Positions 38,760 to 49,685 of a stretch of 64,000 nt of DNA are shown in pieces (the stretch's first letter is position 1; each line of letters starts with the position of its first letter). This stretch comes from a virus (lineage: Duplodnaviria; Caudoviricetes): the IMG/VR virus record IMGVR_UViG_3300022906_000002, positions 32,681 to 96,680 of that record; one strand, given 5' to 3'. The translations under genes and the position numbers were made by a program. The notes under the pieces are model-generated. The model had not been told where the DNA came from. It did no database searches and saw nothing but the letters and a program-made list of their open reading frames with translations.

Positions 38760-39133
38760 GCTTCTACCCTCCAAGGCCTCGCCCGATGGATGTCTTCTTT
38801 CGAAGGGAACGCCCCTTCGAAGCGGATCGCCCGGTCGTCTAGATAGACCAGGGCGGCCGGTTTCTCGTGCGTCACGGTGAGCACCGGCCCGCGGTAGCCG
38901 TGCTCGGCAAGCCAATCGCGGATCGCCATTCTCGCTTCTGGGTACTGCCCGCGCGTCGTGAAGATGATGACCTCGAAGGATTTCGTCATCGCTTCGAGCC
39001 ATGCAATCGCCCCGGGAACTGGCGGGTCCGGCAGGTCGGTCGCGCCCGTCCATCCCGAGACGTACGAATTGATCACGCCGTCGAAGTCCACGGCGATTCG
39101 GTAGGGGTCGCCGGGTTGTTTGGCGTTGCTCAT
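38756..39133 (-). CDS. HAD-superfamily phosphatase (capless)
   Basis: IAVDFDGVI, IFTTR, K, YLDDRA motifs I-IV. Confidence 0.88.
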   Translation of the reverse strand: MSNAKQPGDPYRIAVDFDGVINSYVSGWTGATDLPDPPVPGAIAWLEAMTKSFEVIIFTTRGQYPEARMAIRDWLAEHGYRGPVLTVTHEKPAALVYLDDRAIRFEGAFPSKEDIHRARPWRVEA

Positions 39134-39603
39134 TCGTTCAACATCCTTTCTAACTCAAGGCTCTGGTAGTACCAGGCATGCAAGAACCCGAGCCGCTGCA
39201 ATCCGTCCGGGTTCACATAGTTCATGTGCCAGAGCCACAAGAGGCGACCGCTACGACCGTTGCCGTCCATGAACGGGTGAAGCTTCTCGTATCGGTGGTG
39301 CTCGATCGCCGGATCGAGCGGCTTGCCGAGATTTGGAATTCTGGCGAGCAAATCCTCAAGGCTTGCGACGATCGCCCGCCCGCCGGGCGGGGCGATATGC
39401 GACCCTACGCGGACATTCATGCCGGCGCTTCTCCGCAACGGCTTCCCGCCGATCGCGAACACCAGGCGCTCAAGATCAGCGACGCTCACCCTCTTCAGAG
39501 CGAGGAACGTTTCGGCCGCCTGAATCTGCGGACGATCGGGCGGAATCTCGCCCTCGATCCGATTGGACTCGGCGAGAAAGTTGAATAGCTCATCGGCGGT
39601 CAC
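39130..39603 (-). CDS. Fic-domain protein
   Basis: ESNRIEG; canonical HPFMDGNGRSGR. Confidence 0.92.
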   Translation of the reverse strand: MTADELFNFLAESNRIEGEIPPDRPQIQAAETFLALKRVSVADLERLVFAIGGKPLRRSAGMNVRVGSHIAPPGGRAIVASLEDLLARIPNLGKPLDPAIEHHRYEKLHPFMDGNGRSGRLLWLWHMNYVNPDGLQRLGFLHAWYYQSLELERMLNE

Positions 39604-39881
39604 TTTGGCTGCCCTTCCCCGCGGCACTTCGCCGCATAGTCCACCATGCACCGGCACAGCCTGCCGGTGCGCCCTCCGGCCTTGTCTTCGCCCCGCGCGA
39701 CGCACTCTGCCGCGAAGATCGCCGGGAATCCGTCGTCCGGGTTGCTAATCGTCGCGCACACGATCTCTTCGTGGACGCAATCGTAGAGCAGGCGGTCGGA
39801 CGACTTCTCGGAGTAAGTAAGCGACCACGGCCCTATGCATCCGTGAACGAGCATGGCAACGACGGCGACGACAATTCTCAT
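39600..39881 (-). CDS. small Cys-rich lipoprotein candidate
   Basis: MRIVVAVVAMLVHG-C; 6 further Cys. Confidence 0.55.
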   Translation of the reverse strand: MRIVVAVVAMLVHGCIGPWSLTYSEKSSDRLLYDCVHEEIVCATISNPDDGFPAIFAAECVARGEDKAGGRTGRLCRCMVDYAAKCRGEGQPK

Positions 39882-40215
39882 GGCTTCTCCTTCGAAGCCT
39901 TGGCCGCGATTCGCGCCTGTTCGGTGCGTTCCTTCTCAATCGCGACGCGCGATTCGCACCATCGGTGCCATCCGTAGCGGAGCGCGTAGGCGACGACGAT
40001 TATTGCGATCATGGCGTCGAAGCTACTCATGGCTTGCGCTCCGCGATCCGGGCGAGGTCGAATGCGATCGAGAGAAGCGCCAGGACGCCAGCGACGCCGA
40101 TCGACGCGAGGACGTAGCGGGACATGTTGGGCGACGACAAGAACACGTTGCCAAGGAATGAGAAGGCGAGCATGCCGATTCCAGCGCCGCGCATGAAGTG
40201 AGCCATGGCCTTCAT
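39878..40215 (-). other. two small TM proteins (39878-40030, 40027-40215)
   Basis: Hydrophobic segments; ATGA overlaps. Confidence 0.5.
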
Positions 40216-41537
40216 CGCCCGCCCTCCGCCAGCTTGGCCAGCCTATCCGAGAGCGCGAGCTTGGCGCCCTGATTTCGCCGCGGCACCGCGAGCCCGAAAA
40301 CCAGAGCGCTCGCCATCGTCCACGCCTTGCGGAAAACAAAGTCCACCGCATGCTCGGCGTCAGCCTCTTGCGCTCCGAGCGCGCGGACCTCTGCGGCGAG
40401 GGCTTCGAGGTCGATCCCGGTGGGCGGCGTTACGGGCGGCGGATCGACGGGCGCGGGAACCTGTCCGGCCGCGGCATCCATCCGGAACACGTCGATCACT
40501 GCGCCACCCGGAAGCGCCAAGTCAATCGTCTCGCCGTCGAACGTGCCGACCAGTCGTCCGTCGGTCTCGCGCAGATCGACGACGACATTCCGTCGAGTGC
40601 GTCCGCCGCCATCGTCCGGAAGAACGAGCACAGGGCCGACCGCCGAGCCCTCCGCGGTGACGATGCTTGCACCGACCGGTCCGGTCAGCGAATTCTGGTT
40701 CCGCTCGATCCACGTCGCCAGCCCTTCCGCGCTATGACGAATCACCAGCGGCACAATCGAATCGAACTCCCGGGGCGCCACCGCGAACGGACTCTGGCCG
40801 CGAAGAAGGGGGGCGCAGGCGCGCCGCATCGCTTCGGCGCAGGCGAGCCCCACCGCCTTCTTGTAGCTCCTGCCGGGGGCCATCCCCGCCCTCTTGAGCA
40901 TGCCCTCGACGGCGCCAGAGTTGCGGTCAACTCCGCGGAGCACGATCGCCAACAGCCATCGCGCCCATAGGTCCCCTTGGTTTGCCGGGTGGCCCGCGCT
41001 TCGGAGGCCAGCAATCAACACCGCCTCGCCGGGCGCAGTCTCCCGCATGAGCTGAACGCAGAACCATAGCAATAGCCATCGATCGGCAAATGCGGCGACC
41101 TCGGCATCCCCGACCTCGTGCGCCCGCTTCGAGATCAGCGCCCACGAACCGACGTGCATGAATCCGTATTTGTGGCACGTCGAGAACAATTCGCTGCCCA
41201 TGAACCACTTGAGCTGGAACGGGAATTCTTCGTCGATCAGCTCTTCGCGGGCGCCCTTCGCCCCCTGCGAATACCGAATCGAGCGCGCCATGATCGTCCA
41301 GTTCATCGACGTGGCGCCGCTGTAGTAGTTAGCCCCGCCGAACGGGAGCCGCCACGTGTTCGTCTTCGGCTTACGACCCTCGGCGGCATCGCGCAGCTCT
41401 TCAACCAACTCATCCTCAAAACCCGATTTCGCGGCGGCCGGCAGCATATCCTCTGAAGCCATGCTGGCGACCGCAAGCCTATGGGCGTCATCTTCCGCGC
41501 CTATCGCTAGACCACCCTTAGTTCGATTCATCCTCAC
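40212..41537 (-). CDS. 441-aa unknown protein
   Basis: Long ORF with a Pro linker (PAPVDPPPVTPPT) before a small C-terminal domain. Confidence 0.7.
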   Translation of the reverse strand: MRMNRTKGGLAIGAEDDAHRLAVASMASEDMLPAAAKSGFEDELVEELRDAAEGRKPKTNTWRLPFGGANYYSGATSMNWTIMARSIRYSQGAKGAREELIDEEFPFQLKWFMGSELFSTCHKYGFMHVGSWALISKRAHEVGDAEVAAFADRWLLLWFCVQLMRETAPGEAVLIAGLRSAGHPANQGDLWARWLLAIVLRGVDRNSGAVEGMLKRAGMAPGRSYKKAVGLACAEAMRRACAPLLRGQSPFAVAPREFDSIVPLVIRHSAEGLATWIERNQNSLTGPVGASIVTAEGSAVGPVLVLPDDGGGRTRRNVVVDLRETDGRLVGTFDGETIDLALPGGAVIDVFRMDAAAGQVPAPVDPPPVTPPTGIDLEALAAEVRALGAQEADAEHAVDFVFRKAWTMASALVFGLAVPRRNQGAKLALSDRLAKLAEGGR

Positions 41538-41552
41538 GATTCCACCCCCTAA

Positions 41553-44500
41553 TCAATACCGTCGATCGCCACGGGCACACCCCGGGGCGCTAGGCCAGCC
41601 ACCCGCAACCATCGCGAGGACAGCACATGCGGCCAATGCTGCGATTCCAGCGGCCCCGGAACGCGCGGCAATCACCCCGATTCCGGCTGCGCCGCACGCT
41701 ACGGCAGCGATCCATACTGCGATCCGAATTCCTCTGCTCATTCTGATTCCTCCCGCGCGCCAGTTGATTGGCGTGTTCGTCGTCGGTCTCGAATGCGATG
41801 ATGGTTTGCCGAGCGCCCTCTAGTCAGACATTCACTTCGCGGCCGCCGACCCCCAGAACGGCCGCGGGCCAGGACATTCGCCCCTGAACTCTTCGGGCGA
41901 CAATATCTCGCCGCAATCCCGGCACCCCATCCGCGCGCTGCTACGTGATATGGCGGCGATTCGATGAGGCCGCTCGGGGCATTCGGCCGCGCCATCGGCG
42001 CGACTCGGGGCGGGTTCGGGAACTTCCGGCGCGCGATCCGACGGCGAGGCGTAGAAGAGTTGGACTGCGCGGTAGGGGCTGCCGGCGTCTCCGGAAAACT
42101 TCCGAACAGACTCCTCGGCAAACCGCTGCGCCGACTCGGTCAGGTGAATCATCGGTTCAGCTTCCGCGTTGATCACGCCCCATCCGTACGGCTTCACCTC
42201 CGACACCGGCCCAACCGAGACCACGCGGAAGGGCGCGACGTGGGCGCCGGCCATGATTAGCCGGTCTCGGTGCGCCGCGGCAACATCCTCCCGTGCCGAA
42301 AGGCTAACAATCGTGCCTTCGCTGTCGACCACGACATACCCGATCACCTCGCTCGCCGCCCGCCTCGCCCGGATCGCTTCGAGCACGGCGGCCCATCGCT
42401 CGGAATCGTCGAAGTCCCCGGGGTTCAGTCCGGCCGCCGCGCAAGCCTCGTCTACGAGTTCCTCGTTGCGAATCCTGTACGCCACCTCTCCGTCGGACAC
42501 CGCCGGCCCCGGATGCGCCAACCATCCAAATTCGGGGTGCTCCACTTCCACCACCAAGCGCGTCGTCAGCTCGCCAAACGAAAGCGTTGTGTCGATCGTC
42601 CTCCGGCATTCCGGGCACGTCGTCCCGTTCGGGTGATTCCCCGGGACGACCCTCCCATTGCCGAGGCATCGATAAAACTGCTCGCCGCCGACACTGTACC
42701 GGTCGCCGTTGCAATCGTGGTTCACGCCCGCACCTCTCCGCGAACCTGCCGCACGAACTCGCCGACCGAAATCCCGGCATTACCCGCGGCGCGCTCGATG
42801 ATCTTGCGGGCCGCGTCGCGGGTTGCATCGGCGAATACTCTCATGCTGTTCGCGGCCCATCCCGCAGATTCCGCGAGCGCGGCGAAGTATTCACCCGCGT
42901 AGACCACGCTCCAGTTCGCCCGCTTGCCGTTGGGGCCGATTGCGAGGCGATCTATCTCCCGCGCGAGGGCTCGGCGGGCGGCGGGTCGGGATGCGCAAAA
43001 ATCGAACGTGTCCGTGGTCCACTCGCCGCAGAAGATCGACTCGACCGAAACGAAAAACGGCTTCTCCGGCCATCGATTGTCAGGGCTCTCGCGAATCTCC
43101 GCCCGGTACCGCCTCCCGCCGATCGTGAAATAGTTCACTTCCCCTCCTTGAGCCGCTTAAGCTCCGTCTTCGCCTTCCATAGATCTTCCAGAACGAGCAG
43201 CATTGTCGATCCGCAGTGAATCGGCTCCTCCGCGAGCATCGCGTACCGCTCCCCATTGACCATGGCGAGCGCGATGGTGTGCAGATGTCGCGATGCCGGA
43301 GTCGTCATTCCGGAGCGTCGCGCGCGCATTACCCGACGCTTCAGGTTCGCGAGCCCCGGGAAGTCGGCGGCGGATTCCGGGCGGAGGGCGGCCTCAAGTG
43401 CTTCAGTCATGGTCATCTTCACGATTTCACCTCCGAAGCCTTCCGTTTCGACTCGCGCCGCGTCCACTCGAAATGGATTGCCCACAAACCAACCAATGCC
43501 AATCCAAAGATTCTCTGATCAGATCCGAAGCTTCCGCCGAACCACGCGCCGAGAGTGAACGCCTGAAGCGCGTGGGCGCGATTGCTGCCCATCGCCGATT
43601 CCCACAGATCGGGCCTCAAGATTCCGCCTCTGGAGCCGCGGGCAACGGCTGCCAGAATTCCGGAGCCATGAAATGGCAATCCGCCCAAGTCGCCGAGACC
43701 CACAGATCGACATCCCACCGCACTGCGCCGGTAGAGCCTCCGGCCTTGGTGACAAGGATAGGCGACCCATTCTTCGGAGCCGTCTCGATCGGCCGCCATA
43801 CGGGGATCTCGCCTACGGGAACGACGCGATACGCCATCTCCCGGTCGGACAGATTCCACCGCTCGACCTTCTCGGCGAATTCATCGGCCCGCCGCGGGAA
43901 TCCGAACTCGCAAATACGGTCGTCGCGGTCGATAATCAGTAAGGCCAGCGGTTTTGCGCTCAAAAGTCACCCCCGTCATTCGAAATGCCGTAAATCTCGT
44001 CCACGATGAATGCGCGGTCAATCCCGCCATCCGGTCCGCCCGTGGTGACGTGATCTCCGCTCGGCCCCGTCCGCATTACCAACAACGAACCGCTGGCCGA
44101 AAACAACCAAAGAGAGGACGGCCACTTCTTCGCCAGCCGCTTGAGAGAGCGGATCGCCGACTCTTCCGCCTTCGTGAGCGGCGCGGGTTCGGTTTCGGTG
44201 CTCATGCAAGGCTCACGGGGCCACCCGCGGCCACGTAGCCTGCTGAACAATGCCGCCGCCATGGCTTGCGTGGTCGCCTTCGTGGCCGCGTGCCTGAGTG
44301 CAGAAATGGTGCTCGGCGAGTGCCGCACAGATATCGTCTTCGCCATCCGGCTCGAAATACCCCGACTCGCCCGGTTGAATTCTAGTCTCGGTCGCGTCCG
44401 GCAATTGCTCTTGACTCATCGTTTCCCCCTTTCGGTATGCCTGAATGTACTCCGCCCCGCTCCCGAACTCGACCCGCACCCACCGCCCGGCTGCCACGTA

Positions 44501-45419
44501 CCCGGCGGCCAGCAGCGGCGCCGCGAGGGATTCGAGGGCTTCCGGGGTGTCGGCGCGGAGGATCATGCGGCGGGCTCTACCGTCTCGGCGTTCACGATGA
44601 TCGCGAGCGTCCCCGTCCGCCCCTTCTGCCTCACGTCATCTTCGCGAATGTGGCCGAGCGATTCGCAGAAAACGTGATAGCGAGCGGTTGCCAAGTCGAT
44701 TTTGCAGATCTCGCCTTCGACCATGACGTTCTTGCGGGCGCTGCGGTCGTAATGCGAAACGCTCGCGCGAGATCCAACGGATAGTGCCGGCCGCCATCCG
44801 CTCGCCTGAACCCATTCCTCGATCGCCCGCTCGGTATGCTCGTAAAGCGCGGAGGACGCGCAGTCGAGAATCCTGGCAACCTGCATGTCGAGTCGATCCC
44901 ACGAGTGGCGCTCCTCCAGTTCGCGCGCCATCTCGTATCCGTCGCGTCCGCCGCGAAGAACTTCGGCGATGTCCTCCCGGCACTCATCGTCGTCAGCAGG
45001 GAACCCTCCCGGGTCATGCTTGGCAAGGCGCGCCGCAATATCGGCGGCGGCAAGCATCCTGATCTGCAAGTCGGACTCTTTCGGTCGCGGCTGATTCCAC
45101 TCCATGGCGTTCCCCTCCGAAACCCCCGCCAAGGAAGATCCCCGGCGAACCCTTCTTACTCCCGCTCCGCCTCCATCGCGGTCGCCTTGATCAACACCAT
45201 TTGGCACCGGGCGAGCGCGTCCCTGCCGACCTGTTGCCGCGCAGCCGAGAGCGCGGTAATCGCATCCTCGACCGCCTGGTAATTGTCCGGATCGAGACTC
45301 GGCTGGCAGAGCGCGAGGAATTCCAGGACGACGGATTCCTCGGCGGTGAACGTTGCGCCCGTCATCAGCGCCGCCACCCATAGCCGCTCGCGCATCTCTT
45401 GCATTCGTCGCCCTCGCAT
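41553..45419 (-). other. hypothetical genes (41553-41741, 41832-42725, 42722-43138, 43135-43416, 43616-43963, 43960-44205, 44213-44566, 44563-45105, 45156-45419)
   Basis: Co-oriented, mostly coupled; 43616-43963 has DUF551-like WRPIETAPKNG. Confidence 0.6.
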
Positions 45420-45545
45420 CCTTGCCGAAACTTCCCCGCCCTCGCCCGGCGGTCACGATTGCCGATCGGCGCGAAGGCGGGAAACCCATCTCACGTGTCG
45501 CCGATGCACGCTTTGCGGAACGATGGCGGCGACAGGAGGGAGTGT

Positions 45546-45581
45546 TACACATCTTGTGCGGTATGACAAGACGTGTATAAT
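45546..45581. promoter_or_regulatory. palindromic operator over divergent promoters
   Basis: TACACATCTTGT-N8-ACAAGACGTGTA (11/12) ending in TATAAT, 7 nt before ATG 45589. Confidence 0.7.
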
Positions 45582-45588
45582 CGACGCC

Positions 45589-45957
45589 ATGAAGACGAGC
45601 CCGGCGGCATCCCGAAAGACCTCTCGTTCATCCCCGAAGCACTTGACCGCAGCGCAATCCCGCCCCAAATCCTCTAAACCGCCGGGCCATTCGGGGCGCG
45701 TGAGCATGCGGTTCCTTGACGACGAAACGAAAGCACGGCTGACCGCGTTCGCAGCTAGCAAGGGGCAGAAGTTCGGCCCGTGGCTGCGGCTTGTCGCAAT
45801 CGAGGCGGCGGAGCGCCCCGTCCTGGATTACTACCGGGAGTGGTCGCTTCGCCTTCCTGAGGTTGAAGAGATCTTCGCAAAGGCTCGGAAGGCGGCGGAT
45901 CGAGCCATACTGGCGGCGGTCGAAGAGTTGAAAGAACGAAACGAGCGAGGCGCCTAA
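45589..45957 (+). CDS. RHH-like regulator (probably leaderless)
   Basis: RVSMRFLDDETKARLTAFAASKGQKFGPWLR. Confidence 0.65.
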   Translation: MKTSPAASRKTSRSSPKHLTAAQSRPKSSKPPGHSGRVSMRFLDDETKARLTAFAASKGQKFGPWLRLVAIEAAERPVLDYYREWSLRLPEVEEIFAKARKAADRAILAAVEELKERNERGA

Positions 45958-46148
45958 TGGAATCCACTACCGACCGCGACCCCGGCGACGAACAGCCGGA
46001 GCCTGAGTGCGCGAAGATTTGGACGAGCCAAGATGTCGCCGCGCGCATCCTCTATTGGAATCTGTTCGCGATCCTGCGTCGCCCGTTGACGGCTTGAACG
46101 CCTACCGCCGCCAGCCCCGCGCTCAGCGGCGAGAATGGAGGGAATGGA

Positions 46149-49030
46149 ATGAAGGCAAAGACGGCAATTCACGCGCTTTCGTGGGCCAGCTACTTTCTTG
46201 GCCTATGGGGTGGATCTCTTTCTTCCGCTCACTACGGCGCGCAGCACAATCCTTCCGGCGTCGCCTATTGGTTGGCGCTGTTCGCATTGGTCGGCACGAA
46301 TTGGGCGTGCGCCTCGTGGGTTGCGCGCCGGGCGGCTCGCAAGTGACACTCCGCGACCTAATCGCCCGCCTCGAAGCCGAGGACCCGCGGAAGGTGTGTC
46401 CGCTCGGATTCTACGGATACCGGTTCAACGGCAAGCGCCAAGTCGTCCTCTATTCCCTGGAAGACGCGCTCGTATCGATGATGCTGGTCACCGCTCGTGC
46501 CGCGGAATCGCTCGGCGGCAAAGAGGTCGAGGACTGCTTTCTCGAAAACGGCAGGGAGCGCCCGGGCGAGTCGATCGATTCGGCACGGCTTGAAGAGATG
46601 CTCGCGTCCGGCACCGTCCCGGGAGAAGAGATCGGCGTGGATTACTTGCCAGACATCGCCGGGTGGACGTTCGCCGGCAATCCGATCCTCGCGCGAAAGC
46701 AAAGCGGCGAAGAGATCCTGTTCGATGGCGACCGACTGGAGATAATTCCGAGATGGGACGGCAGCGAATTCGATCTACCGATCGCCGTAATCGACCGCCT
46801 CCGGGCGATGTGGAGGGAGCAGCATGGAGCCTGAAGTCATCTTTAGGCGCCCGGATCTTCCGGACGACTGGAAGTACTACGAAATCGAGAACAGGCCGTG
46901 CGTGCGAAATGATGACGATTACCGGTTCGCCATGCTTTCCAGGTCCGGCGATTTTATCTTCGGAGTCGGTCAGGATAACAACGGTTTGCGAAATCCGCTC
47001 GCGCATATTCCGGCCGTCGTGATTGAGTACTTGTTCGTAGTGGAGCATGAGCGCATAGCGGCGAAACTCGCCGCCCTACAGACGACGACAAAGGAGGACA
47101 ACCATGACGCTTTATGAACTCCGCGAACGCGAACAGCAGGCCCGCAAGCGTCTCGGATGCGGGTGCGACAATCCGGCGGAATGGGAGATCGAGGCATTCG
47201 ACCTCGACGGCATGGTCGAAGCGGAGCACGAACTAGATGGGGTCAATTTTGTTCTTTCGTCTGACGGAATGGTCGTTAGCTTGCGCCCAGGATACCAAGA
47301 CGAGGTCGAGACCTTGCGAGGTTTCGCCCCTGCCGAGACGCTGATCGAAATGTTCAAGGAACTCCGCGCGACGATCGGGCCGGCGAAGTTCGAGGAAATC
47401 TATGGAGGGATCGATGGAAGTCATTGACGGATGGGGAGTGGACGAGCGGCAGGGTTTTGCAAAGAAGGGACCGGTGACCGTCGGGGCGCCGGACGCTGAC
47501 TATCAGTATCTTACGGTGGACATCGCGGGACACGGAATGGCGCCGGTTGACATTCCTGTCCCCGTGGTCCGCGCCCTGCTCGGCGAGTGCGACTCGGAAA
47601 CCCGCGAAATTCGGGGCGAGATGCTTGCCGCGGTCGCCCTGCTCACCGGAACGCGACTCGAACCGTGCGGCCCTGGCTGCCCGGGCCACCTGTCGAAGGA
47701 AGCGCATGCCCAGATCCGCGCCGCGCAGTCCGGGTGGACGGCGGAAGTGACGTTGCCGTGGCGGCCGGCGGTTGGCGAACGCTGTTATCTGTTCGCTGGC
47801 GGAGAATGGCGGTTGGTCGAGCGAGAGACAGACGAATGGAACGGCGGACAGAGGTTTTGGTCGCTGACCGCCTCGCATGCGACAGTCACATGGTTTGAGC
47901 ATGAGGACTACGACGGCATCCGCCCGCTCGGCTCGCTCCCGGTGCCGCCGTCGGTGCGGACTAAGGCGCAATCTATCGCGGAGCCTGATAACGATTCGCC
48001 GCCAAGACTAAGCGGATCGCGTCTCGCAAACCGCGCACTCTTTGGCGGAGATCGAGGATGACCCTCACCGACTACGCCGACGCCTTCGTCGCGGGCGCCA
48101 GATGGTGGGCAGAGCGAGAAAGGCGCGAACTTGACTACCAGAGGTCGCGCACTGAAGGCATTCGCAGGGCGTCGCGACACGGTCAAGCGTTTCCCGGCCA
48201 TTGGGGTACGTGGCCCGCAGACTACGAAGGGCGCGCCTTCGTGGACGGCGCAAAGTGGCATGAGTACTCAGCGACCGGATTCACGATGTGGCCCGCGGAT
48301 CAAGACATCGCTGCCGAAGAAGCCGAGCGCCGCTACCCGATCGAAATTCCGGAGGATTCGGCCAAGAGGCACGAACTCGCCGACACCGAAGAAAACAGGC
48401 GAGCGCTTGCGGCGTTACGATCCAAGGTGACGTTTTGAGGGGCGGCCGGAAGTGCGTATCGTGCGGGGAACTGGTCGAGCACGGATACAACGTCTGCCCG
48501 ATGTGCCGCGACAAGGCCAATGTTCGCGCCGAGAAAAGCCGCGTCGAGAAGGCGATCCTCTACGACTTCGCCACGGCCGCCACTTTCGAACCGTGCTCTG
48601 ACGGGAATTGCATGCTTGGACACCCCGGCGGCATGCACACGAACGGCGGCTGCCGGTGCGGGCGCTACCTCGAAGGCGGAGCGCAGGGAATATGGCTTGC
48701 GCGGTCGCGGCGGATGCTCGCGTTGATGGCGGAAGAGATTCGCGAGTTGCGGGCGAAGGGTGGGAATGCAGGATCTGCGGCCCGCGAGGGCGAGGAATCA
48801 AGGTAATGACCGAACAGGAAGAACGAGCCCACCGGCAGCTCGGCGCATCCTTCGAGCGCAACGTCGTCGCGATGCAGGCGGCATACATCGAGTGGAAGAG
48901 CGGCGACGGGGCAGACGCTGCGATGGGGTGGATCGCGAACACGCTGGACGGTCCCGATCTGATTCCTGATCTCGCGGCCGACAAGCGGACGGCCCAAGAG
49001 TACTTCGACCAGGAAGCTCCGCCGCTGTGA
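46149..49030 (+). other. coupled hypothetical genes (46149-46346, 46343-46834, 46824-47117, 47104-47427, 47414-48061, 48058-48438, 48435-48806, 48806-49030)
   Basis: Overlapping start/stop codons; GGAGG RBSs. Confidence 0.65.
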
Positions 49031-49503
49031 CCGTCCACGTCGTCATCCCCGGAGAGCCAGTTGCCCAAGGCCGCGGGCGAGTCGGAATCGTCAAACTCAA
49101 GACGGGGGGTACGCGCGGAACGATTCACGACCCTGCCAAGTCGAAGAGCTGGAAGGCTGAGGTCCGGTTCGCGATGCAGCGCTCTGTAGGCGGCGACAGG
49201 ATCGCTCTACCGTCGGGTCCGATCGCCGTCGTTCTCGTGCTCCGTTTCGCGGGCTCGTCAAGCGATCACCGAAAGACGAAGCCGGCAGAGTGGCGATGGC
49301 GATCGAAGAAGCCGGACGCATCGAACGTCTTGAAGGGGGTCGAGGACGCCGGCAACGGGATCTTGTGGACTGACGATTCACAGATCGTAGACGTTCGGGT
49401 GCTCAAGACGGATGCGGCGCAAGGAGACCAGCCGCGATGCGACCTGTACGTCCGTACCGCCGGGTACCGGCCGCAAGACGTCCGACTACCGGGGCCGGCC
49501 TGA
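49027..49503 (+). CDS. rusA: RusA-family Holliday junction resolvase
   Basis: IPGEPVAQGR, KPDASNVLKGVEDAGNGILWTDDSQIV. Confidence 0.92.
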   Translation: MTVHVVIPGEPVAQGRGRVGIVKLKTGGTRGTIHDPAKSKSWKAEVRFAMQRSVGGDRIALPSGPIAVVLVLRFAGSSSDHRKTKPAEWRWRSKKPDASNVLKGVEDAGNGILWTDDSQIVDVRVLKTDAAQGDQPRCDLYVRTAGYRPQDVRLPGPA

Positions 49504-49548
49504 CTGCGGCGGGGTGGCGGATCGCTCCGCCCGTGGTACCCTAGCCAC

Positions 49549-49627
49549 ATCTGAGCATGGCCACCGACCAACGTGGCTGTCTCGCCCTCCCAGCGGGCCG
49601 TGATCCCCTCCCCGGCCTGCTCTTTTT
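49549..49627 (+). ncRNA. candidate small RNA with C-rich motifs
   Basis: TGgTACCCT -10 box, hairpin, CCCTCCC motifs, terminator AGCGGGCCG/CGGCCTGCT + CTTTTT. Confidence 0.4.
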
Positions 49628-49685
49628 CGTTCAGGGCGTAGAATGACTCCCGCGGCACCATTGCCGCGCTCTCGGGAGGAATCGA

